A stretch of 64,000 nucleotides of DNA, taken from Trichosphaerium sp. ATCC 40318. Taxonomy: Eukaryota > Protista > Tubulinea. Both the position numbers and the translations under genes were made by a program. Where the stretch lies: positions 62,001 to 126,000 of the forward strand of contig JALMLS010000287.1 of NCBI GenBank assembly GCA_038496445.1. The letters are read 5' to 3'. How positions within the stretch are numbered: the first letter of the stretch is position 1; each line of letters begins with the position of its first letter. Positions 26,032-38,382 of the stretch are shown in pieces. Under the pieces are notes generated by a model that worked only from the letters and a program-made list of their open reading frames with translations, searched no databases and had not been told where the DNA came from.

Positions 26032-28479
26032 ATGGACAATGATTTACGCGAAAATCGCATTTGGAGCGTAGTTTACTCTGGCGTTGCGTTTTGTTTATTG
26101 TTTACATCTTTTAATACTGTACAAGTACGTTAATATGCGTTTACTACAACATTTGACACTTAATGTTCCATAGAATTTTCAATCTACGTTAAATGCATCC
26201 ACAGGCTTTTGGAGGTACTAATACGCGTTATGGGAGTTTATAACGCCCATTTTAGCCTGGGTGTCTTGTATATCAGCTTCTCCGCTTCAAACTTCTTCTC
26301 TTCCTTCTTTGTTAAAAGCTTTGGAGAAAAGTACGTGTACTAGACTAAATACGGCCATTTTACTTGTTTTGCTTCTTTTTTTTTGTCCCAAAAAATAGCT
26401 ATTACACCTGTGGACGCCATAATACACTTAAAAACAGCGTATAGTGTCGCATTGGCACCTCTGTAAAGTGAATAGTTTGTGACATTTTTTTTAGGATTTG
26501 TATGATAGTTGGCGCATTCTTGTATTTGGTGTTCATTGCGACTAACATAAAGGTACGATCTACTATTTTAGAAAGGGTTTTTTTTGTCTACAATTGTTGT
26601 CATGTTGCAAACTTTTTTCAATAATGTTTTGTGCACGTGACTAATCTGTTACAGGTCATTGCTAGTGTATTAATCATAGGCGGTGCTCTATGTGGTTTTG
26701 GAGCGTCTATTTTGTGGTCAGCCCAAGGTGTACGTTAAAGTTAAAAAACGAAAACTAAGAACCTTTCTCTTATTCATTCATCCAGAACACGCTTTTTTCT
26801 TTACTGTTTTTTTCTGAGTTTTGTCGTTTTTTAGAGTTATGTTACCAAATGTTCGAGTGAAGACAGCCTTGGAAAGAATAATGGGATCGTACGTATCATA
26901 AAATTTCTACCAATAGCAATGGTTTGCGACCAAGTACTTATTTTTTTAGTTTTTCAGTATCTTCCAAGTCAATCAAATTATTGGTAATCTGCTCGCTGGT
27001 TTCTTGCTTACAAAAGGAAATGTTAGTAACCAAACTATGCTTATTACATTCACGGTAATAGCAGCAGTATCAGTTGCAAGTATGGTACTCTTCAAGTACG
27101 TATTGGAAACATCCACAAAGCTCGAAAAATCGGAAGACCAAACAACCTGTTTTTCTCAACACCGTCGACCTTGTAACATGTTTATACTACATAGTATTAC
27201 TTTATATGTTTCTATCTGTTATAGTAGTGTTAACCAGTATATAGGAGCGTGCCTAGAAGCAAGAAAAGTGAACCAATAATCCCAAGATTATTAGAAGTTA
27301 TACAACTCATATTCACAAGAAATGCTCTTTTACTGATACCAATGATAATATTCAGTGGTATAACGTAAGTAATACCTACAAACACTCCCTTGCAACATCT
27401 TAAGTCAGTGATTTATTATCACAAACAACGAGTTTGCTTTGCACGTGAGTGCTTTGTAACGTGTCTTTCTTTGACATGTACTTCGAACCCTTCCAATGAC
27501 TTACTTCTTTACTCTTTAGACAGTCGTTTTTCTATGGCATTTTTACGAAACAATTGGAGAAAAAACAAATAGGTTATGTCATGAGCGTTTTTGGTGCTGG
27601 AGACGTAGTAGGTAAAAATACAAAGAACACAAAAGAAGGATCAATCAATTCTCCTTTTTTTCTTTTTTTTTTCCTATCTTGTTTCAACAATGTTTTCTTA
27701 TTGATTTTCTTATGTTTTCTTTTAGGTTCTTTAGTATTTGGTAGACTGCAAGACAAGATTGGTAAAAAGCCTGTTATCCTTACTGGTGGTGTTTTAACCA
27801 TAGGAGTATCTGTTGTATTGATGCTTATTGATCAACCTACCTTACAAGCAAAGTACTTGTATGTTTATTACATACTGGCACTTGTTAATGGTCTTATTGA
27901 CGGTGCCTTCAATACAACACTATACTCTACTCTTGGTATTGTATTTAAAGACAAAGTCGAACCAGCTTTTTCAAGTACGTCCAAAGCTGAACAAATGCTT
28001 TTTGTATCTTATCACAAAATCTGTTGAAACTTTCTTGCATTAGCTCCACTTTATCATATTTTGTATATCTACGTTTATATTTTATTTTGTGATTTGCAGT
28101 GTATGAACCCAGTTTCATGTGCTCCAATCTGGGAAATGATAAAAAATTAGCTGTTTTTATTTACAAAAAAAAACTGACAACTCTTTGTTACTCTTCTTCA
28201 CTTTCGTCATTCACTTACACTTCCTTTTCTTCTTTAGTGTTTAGACTATTTCAAGCTACTTCTACTGCTTCTCTTTTTTTCATTGGAGGATTTGTGACTG
28301 ATAGACAGACAATCCTTAATATCTCTACTTTATTATTGAATTTCTTCCTTATTATTGGAACACTTTTTTATATTATATTGGATATGTTCTATGTACATGT
28401 TGATAAGAAGGATGAAAGTACAAACGAGTCCCTACCTAAATTCATTAATGGTGATAGTGAACCCATTTTGAATCAATAA
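26032..28479 (+). CDS. UNC-93-like / MFSD11-type major facilitator membrane protein
   Basis: GVAFCLLFTSFNTVQN, SLGVLY, GFGASILWSAQ, GSLVFGRLQDKIGKK, AFSMFRLFQA-type motifs and many TM helices. Confidence 0.88.
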
Positions 28480-28871
28480 ATTTTGTTTACTAATTAGACT
28501 GTTTTGTAGTTCCTGATAAAGATCCTGATGGCATGTAAACACCACGCTCTTTTTTGTTTGTTTGTACACTTTTCAAACTTTGGTATGGCATGTCACAGTT
28601 ATTGAAAATAAATGCATCTGTACCTCCCTGATGCATGTCTTATTGAAGCAGTTTTTTCAAAATGTTGCTGTTAATCACGTGAGAAACTGACGCACAATAC
28701 TCACATATTGCCTTGTTGGTTCGTTTTTAATCCAAACAATTATGAGACTGTAAAAGTAGAGGCGTTCACAAGAAAGAAAAAGGTGCCACAGATACCAAAA
28801 GGGGTGATTTTAGCAAGAAAATTTTTTATTGTACAGAAAAAAACAAATAAGTTTTTGTTTTTTGATTTTCG

Positions 28872-30979
28872 CTAAGCCTTGAATGTCTTTACAAGCTGTG
28901 TAATGACACCCTTACATATTGGACAAGGCATACCATTTGCTGTAAGTTGTTGTCCACAATCATTACAACAACAAACATGTCCACTAAACATCAATATAAG
29001 TACGAAAACATTTATGTAAAACGAAAAATCGACAAATACAAAATATCCACGAAATGCCTTTTGTATCCAGCAAAAAACACTGACAAGTCTTTTCAATACA
29101 AATCAGGGAAGCTTTTAAATTGACGTCCATGTTAAACGAAAACTTGACACCAGGTTGGACACTAAAGAAAGAAAAAAAATCCAATGCAAAAAAAAAGTTT
29201 TTGTTCCGAATCTGCATACGCACCAAGGTACAATAACAGTATTGATTTGAGCGTCAAAACAAATTTTACATTCATTTTCATCATCTAAACAAGTCAAATA
29301 AGCGTTCAGGATTGGTAAGAAGATTAAAGTGTCAAACTAATTTCAACAACAAAAAAACTGAATCATACCATCGTCATCAATAAGTGTTGCTGCAGCATTA
29401 CCATTACTAGTTTTCATCTTTTTAGCAACATGCCCTACAGCTACATCATCTGTATCTTCACTAAAACCCTCGTTAAAAATCAACACAACGACAATGGGCC
29501 AAACACAAACCTATCATCTTCTACTTCTGCAGCTAAAAAGGAAAATGTCAGCAAGCAAAAAAAAAACCTAAGATTCTTTACCTGCTTCAGAGTCTCCATA
29601 TGCGATCCATGATACTTGAGCACCATATACTTTAGAGTCATTCCATGTACCAAGCTTTATTTCAAAAGCAGCATCACAGTGTGCTTGATCTGCAGCACTT
29701 ACGCGCAAATCAACATCTTCAATAACTGAAATATCCACCGTGCTTAGCATCGGTACAACGGTTGGGGTATTTTTGAATGGTGATGGAAATGGGATATTAT
29801 GTGTGAGAGAACGTCCTCCTTTTCCCTATTAAATACTTAGAAAGATAGATAATCGCAAAGGACAGAACAATGTCAAAAGCAGTAAAATGTTGTTTGTTTT
29901 TGGTACGTACTTTGTGTAGTTTGTATGCGGCATCATCTCGTTTAAATGCTTTCCTTCCTACGAGGATTTTACCACCAGGTGCATTCATAAGTTTTGGGTC
30001 TATAGCAAACCAAACAGCAGAGCAACCCCATAACTTTGTGTCTAAATAACAAAAAAACAATCAACACACTACTCCCAAGTTAACTATTTACTTTACCTTT
30101 CCATGTACCCAAAATAGCCTCAAATCCACTTGATGTCACGTTAGCTACTCTTGTTGTACATCTCCTAATTATAACATTAACAACAGAGAACAAGTAGCGA
30201 TGTAAACAGAAAGTTAAATTCAGTGAAACTCAAAACGGTTTTGTGACGATAAAATATCCAAAAACGAATCATACATGTCTCCATCGTTGATTACATCAAG
30301 CAAACATAACGCAATACACATCTCAGGCTTGGCGCTGAACTTTTTCTTGAACTTTATGGCCTGTTTACACTCTCTCAAGCCCTTACTTTTGTGTAATTTG
30401 TAATTTGCTGTAGTTTTTTTCCAATCAACTTTCCCGCTTTGTATGCGCGCTCCTGTTGAAAAAAAATAAAATCAGCGCACTGCCTTGGTTATTTAAATGC
30501 CTGTGGGCGATGATTTGAGAGTGTACAGGTTTTTTGATTGTTTTTTGCATTGAAACGGTTGTACATACCGTCTTGGTTTGCTTGGTCCACATCATAAGCA
30601 AACCATGTTGCTGCGACCGACCAAACGTGCGTTTCTTCCCATGTACCAATATTAAGTTTAAATCCAGACGTAGTAATGTTTGAAGGCCATACTTTGAGTC
30701 TTGGAAAGGTTAGCGGTAAAATAACTTGTCAAAAGTTACCTAAAGTCGTCTTCACCATTTATAACATCTATTAATGACATGGAACATACTACGTGCGGTT
30801 TGGTGTCGAATTCATTCTCAAAGTAAATCTTCTTGAAATACGTTCTATCACCCTCTCCCTCATCCAGTTTCCAACCCTTTGTACTACTTTTAGCATGTAC
30901 TCTCCCACTTTCAATACAAAATGCTATTTTACGTCAGTAACACGCCTTAAAATAGCAACCTACGCCACTCTTCAGCCAT
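28872..30979 (-). CDS. Three tandem H-type lectin (discoidin-like) domains fused to a C-terminal C3HC4 RING finger
   Basis: Repeats NITTSGFKLNIGTWEETHVWSVAATWFAY, NVTSSGFEAILGTWKDTKLWGCSAVWFAI and FEIKLGTWNDSKVYGAQVSWIAY. RING CKICFDAQINTVIVPCGHVCCCNDC...CPICK. No signal peptide (MAEEW...). Confidence 0.85.
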
Positions 30980-31093
30980 TGTACACCTCTCAAACGTTTC
31001 TAAGAATAATTGAACATATTTGACTCTTAGGCCACATTAACTGATTTCTGATTGCAGTACAAAGGGCTCTTTTATTCCTCCCGTACATTGGCT

Positions 31094-31628
31094 TTAACAA
31101 GGCGTTCTAGGCTCACAGCACGTTCCTTTTACATCACATGTCGTCGAATTTGTAGCATTCCAAGTCATTCCTTGGCACTGTGTTTTGCATTGGCCGAGGT
31201 AAAACTAGGCGTGTTTAGCCAAGAGCTAAGTTGGCAATGTAAACGTACTTCAGAATTCGCGCACATTACTGTACCCTCAGCTTTTTCTGATCCACAAATC
31301 GATACGTCGGTATCGCAAAGAGCATAACTAGGCCGGGTTAAGCGTCAAACAATTATAGATTGTGAAATGGTTGTAGAAGTTTCTGCCATAGCGTTGGTAG
31401 CTCTCTTGACGCTTGTACTGGCGACAACGTACCCCCAAATGGAGAAATCGCAGGTGTTCGTAATGTAACAGTCTCCAGTTGTTCTATCCCACTTGTTTTG
31501 TAAGCACGGTACTGCTTCTACACTGTATTAGGAGGAAAAGTACATTGAACACTTTCCGACGTACCAACAACGCAAACGAATACAAATACAACGAAGCAAG
31601 CTAAAAGTGTGGTGTTTATGCGTGTCAT
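31094..31628 (-). CDS. Small secreted cysteine-rich protein (not in ORF track)
   Basis: Signal peptide MTRINTTLLACFVVFVFVCVVEA. Four phase-consistent exons ending FYLGQCKTQCQGMTWNATNSTTCDVKGTCCEPRTPC, then stop. Confidence 0.6.
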
Positions 31629-31707
31629 TTGTGATGGCGGTTAAAAGTGACATCGTTTGACCCAACCAAGCCAATTTTCTGTACAAATAGTAACACAAGG
31701 ATAACAG

Positions 31708-34700
31708 ATGCTCCTGTTGGAGCTCTTCATCTTAATTATTCTATGCTGTAGCTGTGTGTTTGCTCAAACACCAGACAACTGCTTACAATTAAATCCTTGC
31801 TCTTCTATCTACAGAGGCAAGTGCGATGGTATATACGCTCGTACGTACTAATTTAAATAAAACGAAGTAATAAATATTACCATTTCTAAAGCGTACTGTG
31901 GTTCTACTGGCAATTTTTGGCTTGAATGTGAGCATTCGTGCGTAAACGGGGAATGTACTTGTTCAGATAACTCGAAATGCGATAAAACGTACGCCAACAC
32001 CATAAATACGCGTCAAAGACAAACGAAACGTATTAAAAAAATTATCTAAACGATCAAAGCACTTTTTCTGTACCCAAAACAATCAAATCAAATACCCGAA
32101 ATTAAACTTGGTTTTTTCAAGTACCCTTGCGTATTCATACATCCTTGTTTAAAAAACGTATGTGTTGATAATTCTTACAACTCTTTAGAGGTACATTCGC
32201 CTGTGGCTCGCGTGAGTGTGTCTGTAAAGATGCTTATTATGGTCCAACTTGTGCATCCCGAAAATGTTCAAGTAACACTTATGTTTGCCAAAACAATGAA
32301 ACTCTAGGCTATTGTACTCCTGGTTCTAGTGACCCTGAACCTGTATCCTTCACAACAATTTTTTTTCTTAACCACGTGATATCGTAAGTACAGCACGTGG
32401 TTCTCGAAAATACATTATAACAATCCAATCAGAAAAAACTCTATTTTCTTTAATAAGTATGCAAGGAATGGACAATTCGATGTGATAATGGATGTAACTC
32501 AATCACTTCACGTTGTGAATGCCCTTTTAATGATTGTGGTGATCATGGTGATTGTATATTTGAATCATTCGGAACTCAATGCGAATGTCATCCAGGATTC
32601 ACTGGTGAAGATTGTAACACTTCTCTTGCATCAGAAACACCTTGCCAAGATGTTCCTTCACAAGAGTGGCATTGTGACGAAGATAACATGGTATGGTAAG
32701 TGACCACAGCCTTTTTTTGAAATTAATGCTAAGTTCTTGAAAAGGTGCTTCGGAGGTAAACCAACAGCGTTTGTTGACTGTCCCAATGGTTGCTCAACCT
32801 TTAATGACCCAGCTGTACGTTTTTCCTGTGCTTTGTTGGCGTAAGGGTAGAGCGTAACTCGACTCTGAAGGCTTACAATAGTTAAACTATCTTTACTAAT
32901 TAAAATCAAAAAAAGGGATTACTTGAATCTTATACAGCTTGTAATTGCCCAGCTCACAACTGCAACAATAACGTATGTTTGAACAAAAAAATTACGTTCT
33001 GCCTTGATTAAGAAATATTTTAGGGCGCTTGTCTTTGGAATGGTAATTGTGAATGTTATCCTGAATATAGTGGAGATGACTGCAGTATAAAATTATCCAA
33101 TAATGTACGCTAATAGACAAGAAAATCAAAGATTTCACACAAATCCGAAAAACTAAACAAAAACCCTTTACTGATTAATACACAGTCAACACCACTTGAA
33201 CCTGGTGTTATAATTAACGAGATTCATGTGGGTACCCCAGATTATGTTGAACTTGTAAATACAGCAAACGCTACAGTCGACATTTCAGGTAAGTTTTTTT
33301 TTCGTTTTCACTTTTTTAGTTTGTTTTGACTTGGCACGTGCGTTGAATATTAGTCTAATGTCTTTTTTCTTTCAGGGTGGCACATAGAAATGATTCATAA
33401 TCCAGGAAATAATGGCGGAAATACATTGATAACGGTTAGAGTGCCAACAAACACAACGTACTTTTCTTAGCTTGTTTTTTGAAAAAAAGATAGTACCTAA
33501 TCACGTGGCAGGTTACAACCAGGAGGTTTCTATATAATTTCAGATGATGCATATCCACTTGAAATCGATGGTTGTGATCATATTCAAGTCATTGATACAA
33601 ACATATTTTGGGATAGAGGTTTGTTATTTGCTAGCTTAGTCTTTTCTATCGCAAAAAAAAGTAACATTCAAGTTTAGAGTTGATTGCTACAGTCCGTTTG
33701 GGTGATGGTGGAAATTCTCAAGTTGATTATTGGGTTAGGGATGATCGAGCTTACCCAAGTGGCACGAAAGTGCTCGCTGACGCTGTTGTATGTTCGTTTT
33801 GGATTTTCAACATTTACATTTTTCGCGTTTTGCTTTGGATTACCAATCAATTCATTAACGTGATAGGGTATTGTTATGTATAGATCTGATTTGATTTATG
33901 AGTCAGACATCGTTGACAGCGATATATTGACACCTTGTGCACCAAATCCTGGTCAAAACACTTCAAGACAAGGACAACCAAATAGACCTCCATTTCACAT
34001 AAATGACTTTTCCACACCGTATTCACAAACACCCGTTATAGCTCCTAATCCACCAATAATGGCACCACCAAATTTGCCCACAACTATAGCACCAACAGAA
34101 AGGTACAGCAACAAAGGCACCTGTATAAAAACGCAGCAGGCGCATTTTGAAATGATTCCTGGCGTGAAGCATAAACATTACTTACACTCTGTTTAAGGCC
34201 TGCTACTTTAAGCCAACTTTCAGAAGAATATTGTCAATCAGTAAAGGAGTCAGGAGAGTATATCGATGGCAATTTTGAGTACAAGTGTTTTAATGCATCT
34301 CACAGAGTCCAATGCAGGTATAGACTTAATCTACAACTTTTTTTTTGTGTTTCCGTTGTTCCTTTTTGTTGTCACATAGATATCTCTCTAACTTTGTCCA
34401 TAGGATCACTTCTGGTTCTCTATCATCGCATTCAATGTTTGCATGTGCTCATGGGTGTATAGAGACAACATTATCAGGCAATAATTTACTTCAAGGAATG
34501 CACAAGTTTCTAATTTATTCTCTTAGCTTCTTGTTTTTGTAATTGTGGTACAAGTTCTACTTGTAATACCAGAGGCGAGTGTTCATCATCATGTGGGACC
34601 TCACGAATAAGTGTATGTATATAGTTGGCAAAAAAGCAGCGTCAGTGTTCTATTCGAATAGGACCTAAATCTTAAGCGCTTTTCCAGCACAGTATTTCAT

Positions 34701-35635
34701 GTGGAAGCATTTGAATAACACCCTACTTCTTTTTTGTACCTATTTTTAAAATATCTAAGCAGTTTATTTAGTGTCCTTTTGGAAGAGAAGGTAATTATTG
34801 CCATGAGTACAGCACATGTTATAATCAACCTGACGGAATCTTATGTTCCACGTCTGATAGTTTAACAAAATCATATGAATGTTATAATAACGTTGATGTG
34901 AGGTCATCTACATGTCAAAATGGTTGTGAAAATGGAACTGGATGCCTTTGTACTGCTCCATGTGTCAATGGGAAATGTGGGTCAAATGGAGTTTGTCAAT
35001 GTTCTCCTGGATGGCAAGGTTCTGTATGTGATGAACCTACAGCTTGTAGAAGTAAGTATTAGTTGTGTTATACGTAGTACTAATGATATGTATAGATCGT
35101 AATACTAGTGCTGAGACTATAGCTCGTTTTTGTTCTGGTAATTCCCGTTATCTTTGTGCAGGAACTATAACTGTTGATTCCACTTTTTGTGAACATGGAT
35201 GTGTTGATGGTTCTTGTATCTGTCCAAATAGCTGCTCATCACATGGTTCTTGTCATCCTGTAACATTAGCTTGTGATTGCGATACTGGATTTCATGGATC
35301 TGACTGCTCAGAAAGTACGGAATAGCAAGCCTTTGTTTGGTTATTTTTTTGTTTATACTTGTCTTTTAGAGTATGCTACTGATGTTGTACTTGCTGTAAC
35401 TATACCTCTTGGAGTTGGTATATTACTTCTAGTGTTGTTCTTGATTATTGTATACTGTTGCTATGTATCAGCTAGAAAACAAATATTCGAGCACAAAGTA
35501 ATACCAATGTCTAATTTAGGGTAACTAAAACAAACTCCTTCTTTTTTTTTGGTTTCTCGTTTTGCTGGACAATGGAACCTAATTTTTAAAAATAGTGGTT
35601 CTGATGATGATGATTTGGATGGTATTGATAGCTAG
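31708..35635 (+). CDS. Type I membrane protein with many EGF-like/Cys-rich repeats and a lamin-tail-like domain
   Basis: Signal peptide. CECHPGFTGEDC, CECYPEYSGDDC, CDCDTGFHGSDC. VIINEIHVGTPDYVELVN..TVDISGW (LTD-like). TM VVLAVTIPLGVGILLLVLFLIIV. Confidence 0.85.
32343..32465 (+). other. Probable U12-type (minor) GT-AG intron
   Basis: 5' end GTATCCTTC. Branch-like TTTTCTTTAAT (32444-32454) with the branch A 12-13 nt before AG 32464-32465. The proximal AG (32456-57) is out of frame. Joins SDPEP|EWTIRCDNGC. Confidence 0.75.
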
Positions 35636-36149
35636 ACGTTATCTAATTACCCAATCACACAACAAGTAAATAAACTTGGCACATGTAGCATAAAATAAAA
35701 TTCTGAAAAAAAAACAGAACAAACACAATAATCGTTTGAAGTTGTCTACTTTATCAAAGCCATAAAGCACAACAATTGAAGTAGCATACTCTATTCAAGG
35801 TCAATAGAGAGAGTGTCATAAGAGGATAGATCTCCTTGGGTATTCATAAATTAGCACGTTTCTCATTTGGGACGTAAAGTGTTAAAACAGGCATATTTCT
35901 GTCAAGAGCATTTCCTTAACCCACCTAAGTCAACAAACCCAGTGGGTGGAACTAATAGAAGAAAAATTGTGGTAACCTTTGTGATAGAAGAACAAAAACC
36001 AGAATTTATGGGAATATTTATAGCGTTATAATAACACTTTACATTTGAACACATGGTGTTCACAGAACGGTTTACTGGTGATAACGTCTTTTGAGAAAGC
36101 TTTTGAGACTTGGGCCACTAGTGACCAGGATAAAGAGACTGCTCAAAAG

Positions 36150-37094
36150 ATGTCAGAGGAAAAATTGGAATCTCTTTTCAAATCTTTTAGTGACGAACTC
36201 AAAACGCAGAAGGCAACATTCTTGGAGAAGTCCAAAGAGCTCAAGGACCGGTTAAAACAGTTTGAAGACGAAAAACTATTAATGTCATCTAAAACAAGCA
36301 AATCAGATATCATTGAGCTAAACATTGGTGGCACGTTGATGTCTACCACTCGAAACACTCTCTGCCTCATTCCAGGATCAATGCTCGAAATTATGTTTAG
36401 CGGGCGTTGGGAAGACAAGCACATCCTAGATAAGAACGATCACGTGTTCCTTGATATGAACCCTCAACACTTCGCTGTCATATTGAATTCACTCAGAGTA
36501 CTGCCTTATAAATCAAATGAACATGCTCTTTCTAAAGTAGTTGAACTCATGCGAGAAGATGAAGATTTTGCAGCTCTTGTAGACTACCTTGGGATTACTG
36601 ACACAAAAGTGTCGTCACGTGACAGCTTTTCATTGGAACAACACGCAGGACCTATCTCCGTTTCTCCTACAAAAGTCGAGCTACTAGCTAATAGACATGG
36701 CGTTGTTGTTGGCACAAACACTTTCGTAGATAATGCTGTTTGGACTTTAAAAGTAACACAAGCAAAGAGTTGGCTTTTTCTCGGTATCATTCAAGAATCA
36801 GACGTAACAAAGATTGACCCTTATTCATACTCATCATTGAATACATGTGGATGGACAGGACGCTATGTATATAATTGTGGAAAAGAAATAGAAGACAAAG
36901 AGCAGAACAGATATAAAGCTACAGAAAATTGTATTATGACTGTGACTCTAGCAAAGGACTCACTTATAATGGAGTATAATGATACCAAAGATACTATGAC
37001 AATACCAACTGGATGTAAATGGCGTTTGTATGTTAATTTAGGCTTTGTAGGAGACTCAGTAGAAATTTTAGAGAATTATTTTATAAATTACTAA
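36150..37094 (+). CDS. Intronless KCTD-type BTB/POZ protein with coiled coil and beta-rich (SPRY-like) C-terminus
   Basis: IIELNIGG..MSTTRNTL..PGSMLEIMFSGRW...VFLDMNPQHFAVILNSLR. First in-frame ATG at 36150. Confidence 0.85.
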   Translation: MSEEKLESLFKSFSDELKTQKATFLEKSKELKDRLKQFEDEKLLMSSKTSKSDIIELNIGGTLMSTTRNTLCLIPGSMLEIMFSGRWEDKHILDKNDHVFLDMNPQHFAVILNSLRVLPYKSNEHALSKVVELMREDEDFAALVDYLGITDTKVSSRDSFSLEQHAGPISVSPTKVELLANRHGVVVGTNTFVDNAVWTLKVTQAKSWLFLGIIQESDVTKIDPYSYSSLNTCGWTGRYVYNCGKEIEDKEQNRYKATENCIMTVTLAKDSLIMEYNDTKDTMTIPTGCKWRLYVNLGFVGDSVEILENYFINY

Positions 37095-37247
37095 TTTTTA
37101 TACCTCGCGTCTACCTAATGTAATTGACACAGTGCTCAGTGTACGAATTACAAGTGTTATTTTGCATACAACATGTTTTTCTTCTTTCAGAAAGCCGCTA
37201 GCAAAGTCAAAAGCCACTTTTATTGCTCACTGACAAAAAAGTTATAC

Positions 37248-38382
37248 TTACAGCGCACTTCCAATAATTCCTTTATTGTGGTACAGATAATATCTTCGCT
37301 CTCAATGCCTTTAAGCTGTGGAAAGATGCAGAAGTTTTAGTACATTCTTTAGGAACCTGTATAACGTAAATAGTTAGGAAACAATGCAATAGGTGTAAAA
37401 TCAAAAATGTTCGCAACATACATGAAGGTCAGCCTTTGTAGGTATACTTGACAAGCTTGTACGTATCAAATCCTTGGTTACTATACTATTAGGACGCTCG
37501 AAGTGTTGTACATGATGGAACTTCATGGCTTGGTCTCCTTTCATCGAAACTTCAAGTGAATCACCGTTTTTACATTTCTGAGTCCATACATCATCTTTCT
37601 AAACAAAACACGTGTTAGTCTTTGGTTTATAAATGAAAAATACGACTAGTACCTCAGTCCAAGTACAAGGAACTTGTGATGCAGTTGGAACAACTACATA
37701 GGTGCAAATGCCATCAACTATTTCATAAAAGAATAGCTAGCAAAGATTAGTAAAAGCACGGTTTCATTGTACTTTTTCAACGATATAGTACCTCAGATAA
37801 AGAATTCAATAGTATGTATGTAGTTTGTACCGTAAACCCAATTTTAAAATGCACATACTCGTCCATACGCTAAGAAAAAGATTAACATTTGCTTTCAAAA
37901 AAAGTGAAATAACAAAACCAAATTTTTTGAAGGTCACGTGTGGACTTTGTCATAGAGGAGAGCTCGTGTTAACTGCTCATCATCGGCTTAAGAGTACTTT
38001 CATATATTCTACTTGCACGATATTCTTAACCGTTTATTGTGAACGAAGTTTTAGGGAATTTTTTTTACTGTTAGCAATCCGATGATAATTTGTTATTTCG
38101 GAAACGTTCAGTGTCAAGTTGAAAAGTCGAAAGAAAAGTACTTGTGCAATTAAAACATCGACTTGTAGTATTTATGAGCCGTACCATCGAGTAATCACCC
38201 TCTGATTGTCCTTTTATGTATACAAAGGTTCCATTCTCTTTAAATTTAATGTCGTAGATGCCTTGGTTCCTCACATGACCTGAAAACGAGAACTTTTGCG
38301 AACTAGCGATATTTGGGAACGTAGGTTGTGCTACAACGCACACGGATGCAAAAATCAGAAGTAAACACCAAATACGGTCCAT
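37248..38382 (-). CDS. Hypothetical secreted protein
   Basis: Signal peptide MDRIWCLLLIFASVCVVAQ and several phase-consistent exons with Cys residues. End approximate. Confidence 0.55.
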
